Positions 29,332 through 39,071 of a stretch of DNA of 64,000 bases are shown here, piece by piece. The stretch lies in the NCBI GenBank assembly GCA_965222155.1, contig CBDCTH010000012.1, positions 32,001-96,000 on the forward strand, read 5' to 3'. The notes beneath the pieces are model-generated. The model did no database searches. It was not told where the DNA came from and saw nothing but the letters and a program-made list of their open reading frames with translations. This DNA comes from Gammaproteobacteria bacterium (GTDB lineage: Bacteria; Pseudomonadota; Gammaproteobacteria; Eutrophobiales; Eutrophobiaceae). Made by a program: the position numbers and the translations under genes. Every line of letters starts with the position of its first letter. Positions within the stretch are counted from its first letter, which is position 1.

Positions 29332-31368
29332 ATGCTTGATTCAGTGTCGCCCAGGTCAGCAGACGCTTCCCGCATGATTGCCGTCTCCCTGTGTCTGCTG
29401 ACCTTGATGGTGTATCGGGTGAGTGCCGACGAGATCATTGATGCGCACGACATCGTGCGGCAGATAGCACCGGCCGATCCCGGTTTGAACAACACGCGCG
29501 GGATCGGAGTCGAATACGCATCACCGGCAGATGATTTCCGCAGAATTGCCTTGCCTGCTATTGAATTCGAGTTCAATTCCGACCGGTTGACAAACCGGGC
29601 CATACGGCAATTGGTTGAATTGGCCCGGGCATTGAGAGCGGAGAAGCTCCAATCCTTTTTCTTCGCGGTACAAGGGCATACCGACAGTATCGGGGGTGAA
29701 ATCTACAATCGCGGGCTTTCCTGGCGTCGGGCCCGCACGGTAAAGCGCTATCTCTCCCGGGAGCAGGGGTTGTCCGAGAACCGTCTTGTGGAGGTCGGGC
29801 TGGGGGAAGGGTTTCCCATCGCGGGCATCCCGTCGGATGACGAACGCAACCGACGTGTCGAAGTGGTGAACCTGGGTTCGACGCCAACCCCTCCGGCGGC
29901 GGCCCCTGCGGGTGAAGGGAAGCGGGTACGGACGAAACGAGCCCTCCTGATCGGGATAGATAAATACGAACAGGTCTCCCGCCTGAACGGACCCGTGAAC
30001 GATGCCAGACAAATGCGGGACTTTATCTCAGAGTATCTCCAGTACGACCCCGAGCAAGACATCAAGCTGTTGTTTGATGAAGATGCGACCCGGGCCAACA
30101 TCCTGGCTGAGATAGAGAACTGGCTCATCGCGCCGACCGTGTCGGGCGATGAGGTCTTCCTGTTCTTCAGCGGCCATGGCTACCAACAATCGGACCACAA
30201 CCTGGATGAGGCGGATGGACTGGATGAGACCTGGGTGCCGGTGGATGTGGCCGTGCAGAAAGATGGTAGCGTTCAGGGAATGATCACAGACGACGAGATC
30301 GCGCAGCAGTTGGTTCGGTTGCAGGGAAGGGAAGTCTACATCGTGATCGATGCCTGCCATTCCGGTACGGTAACGCGCAGTATTGGCGATTGGCGCTATG
30401 TGAAAACCCCTCATCTGCCCGATGGGCGGCCACTTCGTCTGCCGGCGTCTGGCGCAGACGCACGGACGCGCGGGGTGGGAAACACCGGATTCCAGCCCGA
30501 ACAATTCGTCTCTGCCGAGGCGCCTGGTGTCACCGTCTGGACGGCAGTCAGGGCGGACCAGAAGGCGCTCGTGGACGAGGAGACGCCTGAACACAATCGC
30601 AGCAGTGTGTTTACCCGACGCTTGCTTTGGGGCGTACGCGACGGCAGGGCGGACTGGAACCGGGACGGCATCGTGATAAGACGCGAGCTGCAAAGTTATG
30701 TTCTCAAGCAGTCGTTAGCGTACTGCGAGCGGCATAAAACCACTTGTGACCCCAGCCGCGGTTTAACACCGCAGTTCTATGCATCCACGGCGCAAGTTTT
30801 TCAAGAGCCCGCCTTTGGGCTGACGCGCACGGCCCTGCCGCGGGCTGCTGCTCTGGCCAAGGATATCCTCATCAGTCCGCCCGACAATAATGGTATACCG
30901 AGCGAAGATCGGTTGCGGTTGAGCATGAAACCGGCATCGAAGATAAGGGTTGGCGCCGAACTCGAGATCGTGGTCGAGAGTGATAGAGACGGGCATCTTG
31001 TCTTGCTTGACATCGACGCGAATAATCGCTTGGTGCAAGTGTTTCCCAACGAACCCGGCCTTAAAGCGGGCTTCTCCCCTTGGATTCAGGCGGGGCGGCC
31101 GATGACTATCCCAGGAGAAGGCGCCGGGTTCCGATACCGTGCCACGCCTCCGACAGGACGCGGCGAATTGATCGCCGTGGTCTCAAAAGAAAATCCCCGC
31201 GTAGGGAAATTGACCTCAAGATACAAGGATCTGTCTGTCGTTCCAGATTCGGAGGCCTACCTTGTCGAGTTATGGGAAGCGTTGCGCCGCGGAGCGGCAG
31301 AGCAAGAGGACAGGGCTCATAGCGAGTGGATCATGGGAAAAATCAAGTACGAAATCGTTTCTCAGTAA
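29332..31368 (+). CDS. Exported OmpA-like + caspase-family (peptidase C14) + DUF4384 fusion protein
   Basis: Signal ending VSA-D. OmpA motifs FEFNSD, QGHTD, YNRGLS..RA and NRRVE. Caspase motifs ALLIGIDKY, GPVNDA, FFSGHG and IDACHSG. C-terminal VGAELEI..GHLVLLD..QVFPN..PPTG. Confidence 0.88.
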   Translation: MLDSVSPRSADASRMIAVSLCLLTLMVYRVSADEIIDAHDIVRQIAPADPGLNNTRGIGVEYASPADDFRRIALPAIEFEFNSDRLTNRAIRQLVELARALRAEKLQSFFFAVQGHTDSIGGEIYNRGLSWRRARTVKRYLSREQGLSENRLVEVGLGEGFPIAGIPSDDERNRRVEVVNLGSTPTPPAAAPAGEGKRVRTKRALLIGIDKYEQVSRLNGPVNDARQMRDFISEYLQYDPEQDIKLLFDEDATRANILAEIENWLIAPTVSGDEVFLFFSGHGYQQSDHNLDEADGLDETWVPVDVAVQKDGSVQGMITDDEIAQQLVRLQGREVYIVIDACHSGTVTRSIGDWRYVKTPHLPDGRPLRLPASGADARTRGVGNTGFQPEQFVSAEAPGVTVWTAVRADQKALVDEETPEHNRSSVFTRRLLWGVRDGRADWNRDGIVIRRELQSYVLKQSLAYCERHKTTCDPSRGLTPQFYASTAQVFQEPAFGLTRTALPRAAALAKDILISPPDNNGIPSEDRLRLSMKPASKIRVGAELEIVVESDRDGHLVLLDIDANNRLVQVFPNEPGLKAGFSPWIQAGRPMTIPGEGAGFRYRATPPTGRGELIAVVSKENPRVGKLTSRYKDLSVVPDSEAYLVELWEALRRGAAEQEDRAHSEWIMGKIKYEIVSQ

Positions 31369-31450
31369 GGTGGCCCATGGCGTTGAACAGTCCTGACACA
31401 AACTTTCGGCCCGCATTTCCCATAAACAGAGGCATCCTTGCTGGGTTGCT

Positions 31451-33976
31451 ATGGCAACAAAGGGACAAACTCATAGCAACTCATCGACAATAGCGGATTT
31501 TTTATTCATGACCAGTGATTTTATCAGAACAGTGGACCGGCTCTGCCCTGACAGCATTGAGCGCGGCAGGCATCAAGTGTGGTTCCTGTGTCTTGTCATG
31601 TGGATGGCGCTAACAGGCGCCCCAGCGTCGGTGGAGGCGCAAGGCCTCAGCCAGTTGCGTAATTCTTCGCGGAACCTGACACGTCATAGCCTTGAAGCGA
31701 TCCGCACGATCATCCGACCCACACTCGGCATCGTCCAAGGGCGGGCTGGTGCCGTTACCGGACTGCATCTCAATAATGACCGGAGTCTGCTGCTTGTGGT
31801 GCTCGGGGACGGAAGCGTGCGTTTTTGGGATTTGGAACGCGGTGTGCAGCTCGGTTCCGCGATCGGGCGCACACTTGTTTCGGGTGCGTTTCGTGGGGGC
31901 GGGAGCGATGCCGTCGCGGTGCGCCGCGAGGGTTCCCTGGTCCTGGTTCAGGCAGACGGAACAATCCGACGTCTACGGGAGAGTACAGGCGCTTCCCCAA
32001 GCCCGGCGCCGGTCGTATCCGGCGATGGGCGCAGCGTGGTGTTCCACACAGCTGACGGTGATTGGTACTGGATGCACGTCGATTCGAACTCGCGCCAACG
32101 GCTTGATGATGCCGGGCGCGACCTCCGGCCGATTCTGTCTCATGATGGTTTGAAGGTGGCATACCACACGAACCGGGGCGTCTGGGCTGTGCGTTCCCTT
32201 GACGCTCATGGCGCCAAGGGAGCGGAGGTCGAACTCGGTACGTGCGTGCAAGATGAAGTTCGGGCATTGACCGGCGCCTTCACGCCGGACGGCAGCCGGA
32301 TTGTATTCGGTGATGAGCAGGGTGGATTTTGTACATGGCTTGTTTCCGGACCGGGAAGCCCCAAGCGACTCAGCGCTCGGCGAGCCGCGTATCCGGGAGC
32401 GATCAGGTTGCTTGCAATCGGGCCGGATGGCAAGCAGGTCGCGCTTGGTGGGCATGACGCCACGGTGGCGGTCTGGTCTGTTGCGCCTGTCCGGCGCCGG
32501 GCCACACTGGAATTGACCGGAGAGCGTCCTCGTTCTCTCCTGCTGGATACCGGACGCGGCTGGCTGTTCACTGGCGAGGACAACGGAACAGTCGGTATTT
32601 ATTCCCTCCGCAACAAGCTGCGTATTGCGCGCCTGGTGTCCATGGATCGCGGTTGGGCAGTGTTGGATCGCGCAGGACGCTTCGACGGCTCTCAAAATGG
32701 GTTTGACAGTCTGGTCTGGGCGGGTGAGGCCGAGGAGGATACACGCCCCCTCGACGCCTTCTCGGAAAGTTATTTCGAGCCCGGCCTCCTCCTCAGGCTC
32801 GACGATGCGTCGCCTGTGTTCTTGAATGAGAATATCCGCGACCTGTCCGAGGATGGCTATGTTCGCCCGCCCAAGGTCAGTATTGATCCGGTAAGCGCGC
32901 AAGCCGCCGACCAACAAGGGCACTTGTCGCTACGGGTCAGGGTCGAGCCTGGCTATTGCTGTGAAGTCTCTGAAATCCGTCTGTATCACAACGGTAAACT
33001 GGTCCCGGCAGACCGCGCTGAGGCCTCCCCTGGCGACATGATCGACTACCTGGTTCAGCCACTGCCCGGCGAGAACAGCTTCGATGCGATCGGGGTAGGA
33101 CCAGGAGGGGTAGACGGACCAAAAGCATCGACAACGGTGATGCTGGACTTACCGGAACCGTCGGCCCCGTCCATTCAGATAGTCGCGGTCGGGATCAACG
33201 AGTACAACGGACCCCTGAGGAAGCTGCGTTTCAGTCGTAACGACGCCGAAACCATCCTGGACACCCTGCACAAACGAGCAAACACCACGTTCGCCAGCGT
33301 GAAAGCGATTAAGTTGCTGGATTCATCTGCAAATTTCCATGCAATCGAAGAGCATATTATAGAAACCACGCTAGCGCCACACGACGTGCTGGTGGTTTAC
33401 TTGGCCGGTCATGGCTACGCCTTGAATAAAGACGGGCGCTGGGAATGGTATTTTCTGCCCTTCACCACAGCTTGGGGTGAACATGCCGGGTTGGACTGGG
33501 AAAAGGAGATGAAGACGATGATCCCTCGCCATGGGTTGTCCAGCCGGCAGTTGCTGAATTTTCTGACGAAGACCGCGCCGCGCCGAGTGTTTTTTATTCT
33601 CGATTCATGCCGGTCCGGTGCGGTAGTTGACACGATGAAGCATTTCGGCGGGCAGGAGCTCACCGATTCGGCGGGACAAAAGATGCTGCACAAGCTCGGG
33701 CGCGTGGGGGGTATTCACGTGTTGGCGGCAACGCGGGCGGACCAGGACGCGGTGGAACTGATTTCCGCTCCGCACGGTGCTTTGACCTATCTGGTCCTGC
33801 ATGGATTGGAAGGCGCCGCCGACGAGAATCAGGATAGCCGGTTTTCCGTACGTGAGCTGATCGGCTACGCAAACCGAGGGATGCCCCTGCTCTCCCGGCA
33901 ACTCGTCCAGGATAATATCAGCCAGAATCCTGTCGGCTATTCGCACGGTGAGGACTTTGTACTCGGCAAATTATAA
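31451..33976 (+). CDS. WD40 beta-propeller + beta-rich linker + caspase-family (C14) protein with an N-terminal signal/hydrophobic segment
   Basis: GDGSVRFWD, FTPDGSRIV, GHDATVAVW, GRFDG, IRLYHNGKLV. Caspase motifs VAVGINEY, YLAGHG, ILDSCRSG and HGALTY. Confidence 0.86.
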   Translation: MATKGQTHSNSSTIADFLFMTSDFIRTVDRLCPDSIERGRHQVWFLCLVMWMALTGAPASVEAQGLSQLRNSSRNLTRHSLEAIRTIIRPTLGIVQGRAGAVTGLHLNNDRSLLLVVLGDGSVRFWDLERGVQLGSAIGRTLVSGAFRGGGSDAVAVRREGSLVLVQADGTIRRLRESTGASPSPAPVVSGDGRSVVFHTADGDWYWMHVDSNSRQRLDDAGRDLRPILSHDGLKVAYHTNRGVWAVRSLDAHGAKGAEVELGTCVQDEVRALTGAFTPDGSRIVFGDEQGGFCTWLVSGPGSPKRLSARRAAYPGAIRLLAIGPDGKQVALGGHDATVAVWSVAPVRRRATLELTGERPRSLLLDTGRGWLFTGEDNGTVGIYSLRNKLRIARLVSMDRGWAVLDRAGRFDGSQNGFDSLVWAGEAEEDTRPLDAFSESYFEPGLLLRLDDASPVFLNENIRDLSEDGYVRPPKVSIDPVSAQAADQQGHLSLRVRVEPGYCCEVSEIRLYHNGKLVPADRAEASPGDMIDYLVQPLPGENSFDAIGVGPGGVDGPKASTTVMLDLPEPSAPSIQIVAVGINEYNGPLRKLRFSRNDAETILDTLHKRANTTFASVKAIKLLDSSANFHAIEEHIIETTLAPHDVLVVYLAGHGYALNKDGRWEWYFLPFTTAWGEHAGLDWEKEMKTMIPRHGLSSRQLLNFLTKTAPRRVFFILDSCRSGAVVDTMKHFGGQELTDSAGQKMLHKLGRVGGIHVLAATRADQDAVELISAPHGALTYLVLHGLEGAADENQDSRFSVRELIGYANRGMPLLSRQLVQDNISQNPVGYSHGEDFVLGKL

Positions 33977-34055
33977 CCGGCGGTGCGGTGAGCGATACCC
34001 CTGCCTCAGGCTCGCTGCAGCGCGGGCCGGCGCGTATCGTGCCTCTCATCAGCGA

Positions 34056-34131
34056 CACCAGTCTGCCGGGAGCAGATTTGGACGCTCGAAGGGCACCCGC
34101 CGGACATATGTCAGGGAACGCCGCATATCAA
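34056..34131 (+). repeat. Degenerate member of the ~72-bp hairpin element family
   Basis: agtctgccgggagcagatttgg (first hairpin), followed by short GC hairpins and atatg/catat. TGA ends are not intact. Confidence 0.5.
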
Positions 34132-34154
34132 TAATCCAGCCAGCCGCAACCATA

Positions 34155-35012
34155 GTGTACCCAAGCGTGCTCACAGCAACCCATTACGAGAAATGCAGGC
34201 AGGGCGTTTCGCTTATCGCCTTCATATGGGTCGTGGCAGGCTGCTCAGTGTTGGAGTCGTCCGTAGCGCCAGGGGTTTGTCCGGATCCAGCGTGTGCGGA
34301 TTGGGAGTTTCTCCCGTTCTCGCACAAGGGGACCCCGCTGGTTGGCTTCCGCAAGCCCGGTGGCGCTGACTCAGGCCATCTGGTCGTTTACATCGAGGGC
34401 GATGGAAAGGGATGGCGAAACCGGTCCAGGCTGTCCGGAAACCCGACACCGGGAGACCCGATCGGGTTACGACTGGCGCTACAGGACTCAAGCCCCGGGT
34501 TGCTCTATCTGGCGCGCCCCTGCCAGTATGTCCAACCCGAACTGCTCGAACACTGCCAGCCGTCGCTCTGGTCAACTGGCCGTTATGCGGAGCATATCGT
34601 AGAGACGATGGATCGTGCTGTCAGCGCGGCAAAGCACGCTCAATCCGACCGGCTTACCCTGGTGGGATATTCCGGCGGTGGGGTGATCGCGGCGCTGCTG
34701 GCCTCGCGCCGGTCGGATGTGGAGCGGTTGATTACGGTCGCCGCCCCCCTGGACACAGATACCTGGGTTAAGCATCACCGCGTGTCACCCCTGACGGAAT
34801 CCTTGAACCCGCTTACAAGCGCGATCACGGGTTCGGTGCGTGAATTTCACTTCCATGGCGAGCGGGACCAGATAGTGCCTCCCGAAGTCATCAAGCCGTA
34901 CATCCGTCAGGCTGCCCGCGCCGGCGTCCGGTTCTTCACGCTGGCCGAGTATGACCATGGCTGCTGCTGGGTACGCGACTGGCCGGCATTGCTGGCCATG
35001 ACGGATGAGTGA
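34155..35012 (+). CDS. Alpha/beta-hydrolase lipoprotein (esterase/lipase-like)
   Basis: Lipobox VAG-C, VYIEGDG, YLARPCQY, nucleophile elbow GYSGGG, GERDQIVP, DHGCCW. Start codon uncertain (the ORF is open from 33948). Confidence 0.8.
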   Translation: MYPSVLTATHYEKCRQGVSLIAFIWVVAGCSVLESSVAPGVCPDPACADWEFLPFSHKGTPLVGFRKPGGADSGHLVVYIEGDGKGWRNRSRLSGNPTPGDPIGLRLALQDSSPGLLYLARPCQYVQPELLEHCQPSLWSTGRYAEHIVETMDRAVSAAKHAQSDRLTLVGYSGGGVIAALLASRRSDVERLITVAAPLDTDTWVKHHRVSPLTESLNPLTSAITGSVREFHFHGERDQIVPPEVIKPYIRQAARAGVRFFTLAEYDHGCCWVRDWPALLAMTDE

Positions 35013-35169
35013 GAAATGCGGACTGGTAATTCAATCTGTGACGATCATGCCTGCCCTGGTCAGCTGCTTTGTGGGCCGGACTGGGCTTGTTCAAATCTGA
35101 AGACGCTGGACGAGCATATCAGTCATATCACCTGCCTTTTATTGACTATCTAACACAGGAGAAAGAAAC

Positions 35170-37404
35170 ATGGCGACGACTATTTACGAAGATAAGGGGG
35201 ACGCAGCTGCCGGCTCAGAAGCCAGCTATTCAATGTCTGTCAGCGATATATCTTCGGCCTTTGAGTATCCCTTCACTGGTGTCTATGTGGGTGCTCATAG
35301 CACGCCAACTTTTGTCGACCTGGACAGCGACAGCGACCTGGATCTGATCATAGGCGCGGGTAACGGCAACCTGTACTACTACGAGAACACGGGTACGCGC
35401 AGCCAGCCGAACTTCACTGCACCCGCCGTTAGCGCCAATCCGCTGGGTGGTGTTAATGTGGATTCCGACAGCGCCCCGACCTTTGCTGATCTGGACGATG
35501 ATGGCGACCTGGACCTGATCGTAGGCGCGGGTAACGGCAACCTGTACTACTACGAGAACACGGGTACGCGCAGCCAGCCGAACTTCACTGCACTCGCCGG
35601 CACTGCCAATCCCCTGAGTGACGTCTCTGTAGGTTATGAAGACATCGTGCCAACCTTTGCTGACCTGGACGATGATGGTGACCTGGACCTGGTCATGGGT
35701 GAGTATTACGGCGGTCTGTACTACTATGAAAACATCGGTACGCGCAGCCAACCGGACTTCACACGTACCGATGTCATCAATCCTCTATATAGCATTTATG
35801 TGGCGGGAACACATCACGTTCCTGTCTTTGTCGACTTGGACGACGACGGTGACTTGGACTTGGTGGTGGGTAAGCATGATGGCGACTTGCTCTACTACGA
35901 GAACATGGGCACAAGCAGTCAGCCTGATTTCACAGAGCGTACCGGTGATGCTAATCCAATGAATGGCATTGATAAGGGTGATCATAGCACGCCAGCCTTT
36001 GCCGACTTGGATGACGATGGTGACTTGGACTTGGTCATGGGTGAGGGCGAATTTCCGGATGAGCTTCCGGATCCGATGGACGACAGGCTACTCTACTACG
36101 AGAATACCGGCACGCGCACCAAAGCAAGTTTTACTTTTATTCCCGCTAATACATCGCGCATTGATGGTACTGATGCTGATGATCACCTCATTGGTGACGA
36201 CATGGACAATGAGATATACGGGAAAGGAGGTAACGACATACTGCAGGGTAAGGGTGGTAATGACAAGCTAAATGGCGAAGCTGGGAACGATACCGCTTCC
36301 TACATCGACTCGAACGCCGGTGTGCAGGTCAATCTAGATGCGGGCGATGCTGCGGGAGGCAGCGCGGCAGGTGACACGTTAATCAGCGTTGAGAATCTCA
36401 CTGGGTCCAAGCACGCTGATACCCTGACCGGCGACAACAATAATAATACTCTCAAGGGTCTTGAGGGCGACGACACGCTGGATGGCGGTGCAGGCGACGA
36501 TACACTTGCCGGTGGCGCCGACGCTGATACGTTGGCAGGCGATGACGGCAACGACACACTGGATGGTGGTGCCGGCGACGATACGCTTATCGGTGGTGCC
36601 GGCAGCGACACGCTTATCGGTGGCGGGGGCAGCGACACCGTATCTTATGCTGGTTCGGACAAACCTGTGGCAGTCCTCCTGAGCTACGGTCACCTTGTTC
36701 AACAAGGGCATGCCCAGGGCGATACGTTGAGCGGTATCGAGAACCTCATGGGTTCCGAACACAATGACCTGCTGCTGGGTGATGGCAATGCCAACCGGCT
36801 TACAGGTGGTGACGGCGACGACGCGTTGAATGGCTATGGTGGTGACGATGAACTGGAAGGCGGCGGCGGCGCCGATGATATGGAAGGCGGTAGTGGGGGT
36901 AGTGATACCGTGTCCTATGCAGCCTCGGACGCGGGGGTAACGGTAGACCTTCAAACCCAGTCCGCCAGTGGTGGCCATGCTCAGGGAGACAGGATCTCCG
37001 GCTTTGAAAACGTCACCGGGTCTGACCACGCAGATACGCTGATTGGCTCCGACGGCGCGAACCGACTCAAGAGTGGTTACGGTGATGATACGCTGACCGG
37101 CGGCGCCGGCGAAGATGTTTTCATCTTCGCCTATAACATAGTCCTAGTCCTAGGCCCAGCCGGTTACTACGACGATTTAATTGTTGCTAATGGAAAAGAC
37201 ACGATCACTGACTTTGCCGATGGTGAGGACAGGATCGAGATCGAGCTTGGTGTGTTCGGAATTGAAGATTTCGACGACCTGCAAGAGAAGATCACACAGG
37301 ATGGAAACAACACGCTGATCACCTTCGATGCCGATAACGGGATTACCCTGGAGAATGTAGACATGGCTATCATTGGCGCCGACGACTTCATCTTTGTAGC
37401 CTGA
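35170..37404 (+). CDS. FG-GAP/VCBS-repeat + RTX calcium-binding repeat protein (likely type I secretion substrate/adhesin)
   Basis: Five PxFxDLDxDxDLDL..YYEN units at ~57-aa period, many GGxGxD nonapeptides, C-terminus ADDFIFVA, no signal peptide, AGGAG upstream. Confidence 0.88.
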   Translation: MATTIYEDKGDAAAGSEASYSMSVSDISSAFEYPFTGVYVGAHSTPTFVDLDSDSDLDLIIGAGNGNLYYYENTGTRSQPNFTAPAVSANPLGGVNVDSDSAPTFADLDDDGDLDLIVGAGNGNLYYYENTGTRSQPNFTALAGTANPLSDVSVGYEDIVPTFADLDDDGDLDLVMGEYYGGLYYYENIGTRSQPDFTRTDVINPLYSIYVAGTHHVPVFVDLDDDGDLDLVVGKHDGDLLYYENMGTSSQPDFTERTGDANPMNGIDKGDHSTPAFADLDDDGDLDLVMGEGEFPDELPDPMDDRLLYYENTGTRTKASFTFIPANTSRIDGTDADDHLIGDDMDNEIYGKGGNDILQGKGGNDKLNGEAGNDTASYIDSNAGVQVNLDAGDAAGGSAAGDTLISVENLTGSKHADTLTGDNNNNTLKGLEGDDTLDGGAGDDTLAGGADADTLAGDDGNDTLDGGAGDDTLIGGAGSDTLIGGGGSDTVSYAGSDKPVAVLLSYGHLVQQGHAQGDTLSGIENLMGSEHNDLLLGDGNANRLTGGDGDDALNGYGGDDELEGGGGADDMEGGSGGSDTVSYAASDAGVTVDLQTQSASGGHAQGDRISGFENVTGSDHADTLIGSDGANRLKSGYGDDTLTGGAGEDVFIFAYNIVLVLGPAGYYDDLIVANGKDTITDFADGEDRIEIELGVFGIEDFDDLQEKITQDGNNTLITFDADNGITLENVDMAIIGADDFIFVA

Positions 37405-37494
37405 CCTGGCAATCTGCTGACCAGCCCCCAAACTCTCATGATCAGGGCTTTGCACACCCCGACGGCATGTAACTAAAACAACTAGGGGAGCAAC

Positions 37495-38083
37495 ATGACT
37501 GTTCTGAAAAAAGATAACGGCACTGCGGCGCCTACAGGTGCTCGTGGTCAGTACAAGATGGCCATTGACGAGGACTTGCGGGGCACGCTCAACAACACCA
37601 CTGGTGATAGGAGCAATCCTGTTGCTGACATTGATGGGGGTTATAGCAGCATCCCAACCTTTGCCGACCTGGACAGCGACGGTGACCTGGACCTGGTCGT
37701 GGGTGAGGTCGGATGCCGGGGTGACGGTGAATCTCAAAGACGGCACAGATGAATGAGGTCATGCTGAGGGTGATGTGATTGTTGATGTGTAGAGCGTAGT
37801 TGGTTCAGACTATGAGGATACCCTGACTAGCAACGACGGTGCTAACCGGCTGTACGGCGGTCCCGGCGCCGATACCGTTATTTTTGCGCCTGGGAACGGG
37901 GACGACCTCATCGGTGACTTTACCGATGGCGAGGACTTGATTGACCTCACTGGCTTCGACGATCTCGAAGCGTCGGGCGATGCAGAGGGGGTCACGCTCG
38001 ACCTGTCGGCCCAGGACGGGGGAACGATCCGGCTGGCAGACTTTGATATGGCTGACCTGGATGCGGCGGACTTTATTCTTTGA
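37495..38083 (+). pseudogene. Internally deleted and frameshifted paralogue of the FG-GAP/RTX protein
   Basis: One PTFADLDSDGDLDLVVGE unit joined to SDAGVTVNL, then LYGGPGAD, DFTDGEDLIDL and the terminus LDAADFIL, with stops in between. Confidence 0.78.
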
Positions 38084-38151
38084 CGGATTCTGAATTCTGG
38101 GGACAGGATATTTGGGGGAACTGCTGCTCCATCACGCCGGCAAAACAAACG

Positions 38152-38829
38152 CTAACGGGAGCTACCGGTCGGCTTGATTTCTTTCAGGAGTGAATTTGCT
38201 GCTACGGCAATAATATTACGGTCCATTGGATAATTTTCTTTCCCTGCGTGAATGATATACAGTCTTTTCAGGTGCAAATCATCCATTGCTATGCGCATTG
38301 ATTTAGTCACTTTTGGCGAGTCGGTGCGCTTGAATTCAACACCGGACCGCTGCCTGCCGTGAGTTATCATCAAATCGAGTTCTGCCCCTGAATGCGTTAC
38401 CCAAAAATAGCATTGATCCCACTCTGCCTTGGACTGCTGTACAACCTGTTCCAGTAGAAAACCTTCCCAACTCGCCCCGAGTTTGGGATGTGTATCCAGG
38501 TCATGAAAGGATTTTATACCGAGTTGAGCGTGCAGCAATCCACTATCCCTTATATACAGTTTAGGAGATTTTACTACCCGTTTACCGATATTTTCGGACC
38601 AGGGTTGCAGCAAACGCACTGCAAAAGTGGCGCTGAGAATGTCCAGGTATTTTCCTATGGTCGTATGGGATACGCCTTCAAGATCGAACCAATTTACGTT
38701 GTTTGAGCTTTGTCCCGCGAGCTGTCTTGCGAGGCTTGTTTTACCGACCTGCCGAGCGCCAAGTAAGGCGACAACCGGGTAATTTTTGCTCAGGCGATTT
38801 ATTGCAGATAGATGTGTGGCACGTAGTAT
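38152..38829 (-). pseudogene. AAA+ ATPase/DUF4143 protein with a large in-frame internal deletion and no evident start codon
   Basis: One frame reads PVVALLGARQVGKTSLARQ..WFDLE directly into GVSHTTIGKYLDIL..KSPKLYIRDSGL..ELDL..VEFK. The Walker B region is absent. Confidence 0.8.
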
Positions 38830-39071
38830 ATGTTTTTTCGTTCTTGAAATCTGAAACTATCTGTTTCAGATTTCAAGGTATTCCCATCTAACACAGGGTC
38901 TGCCGGGTTCGGAAAAGTGCTGAAACCAGGCGATTTGTTGCACTTATGACTTGAATTCGCCAGTATATTGGTTACAGAATAAAGATTATTATCAGGGAGA
39001 CAGGCGAGTTGCGGGAATCACTACCGGTCTTGGCTCAGACTGGTGGGCAAACGTAACGACAGGAGAGTGCC

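Noticed and set aside
31973-32923. Long antisense ORF (316 aa) and similar shadow ORFs over GC-rich genes
   Set aside because: They lie opposite well-supported genes, have no recognisable motifs and are expected from codon bias.
35280-36120. Regularly spaced direct repeats resembling a CRISPR array
   Set aside because: They are in-frame FG-GAP coding repeats at ~171-bp period with homologous intervening sequence, and no cas genes are present.
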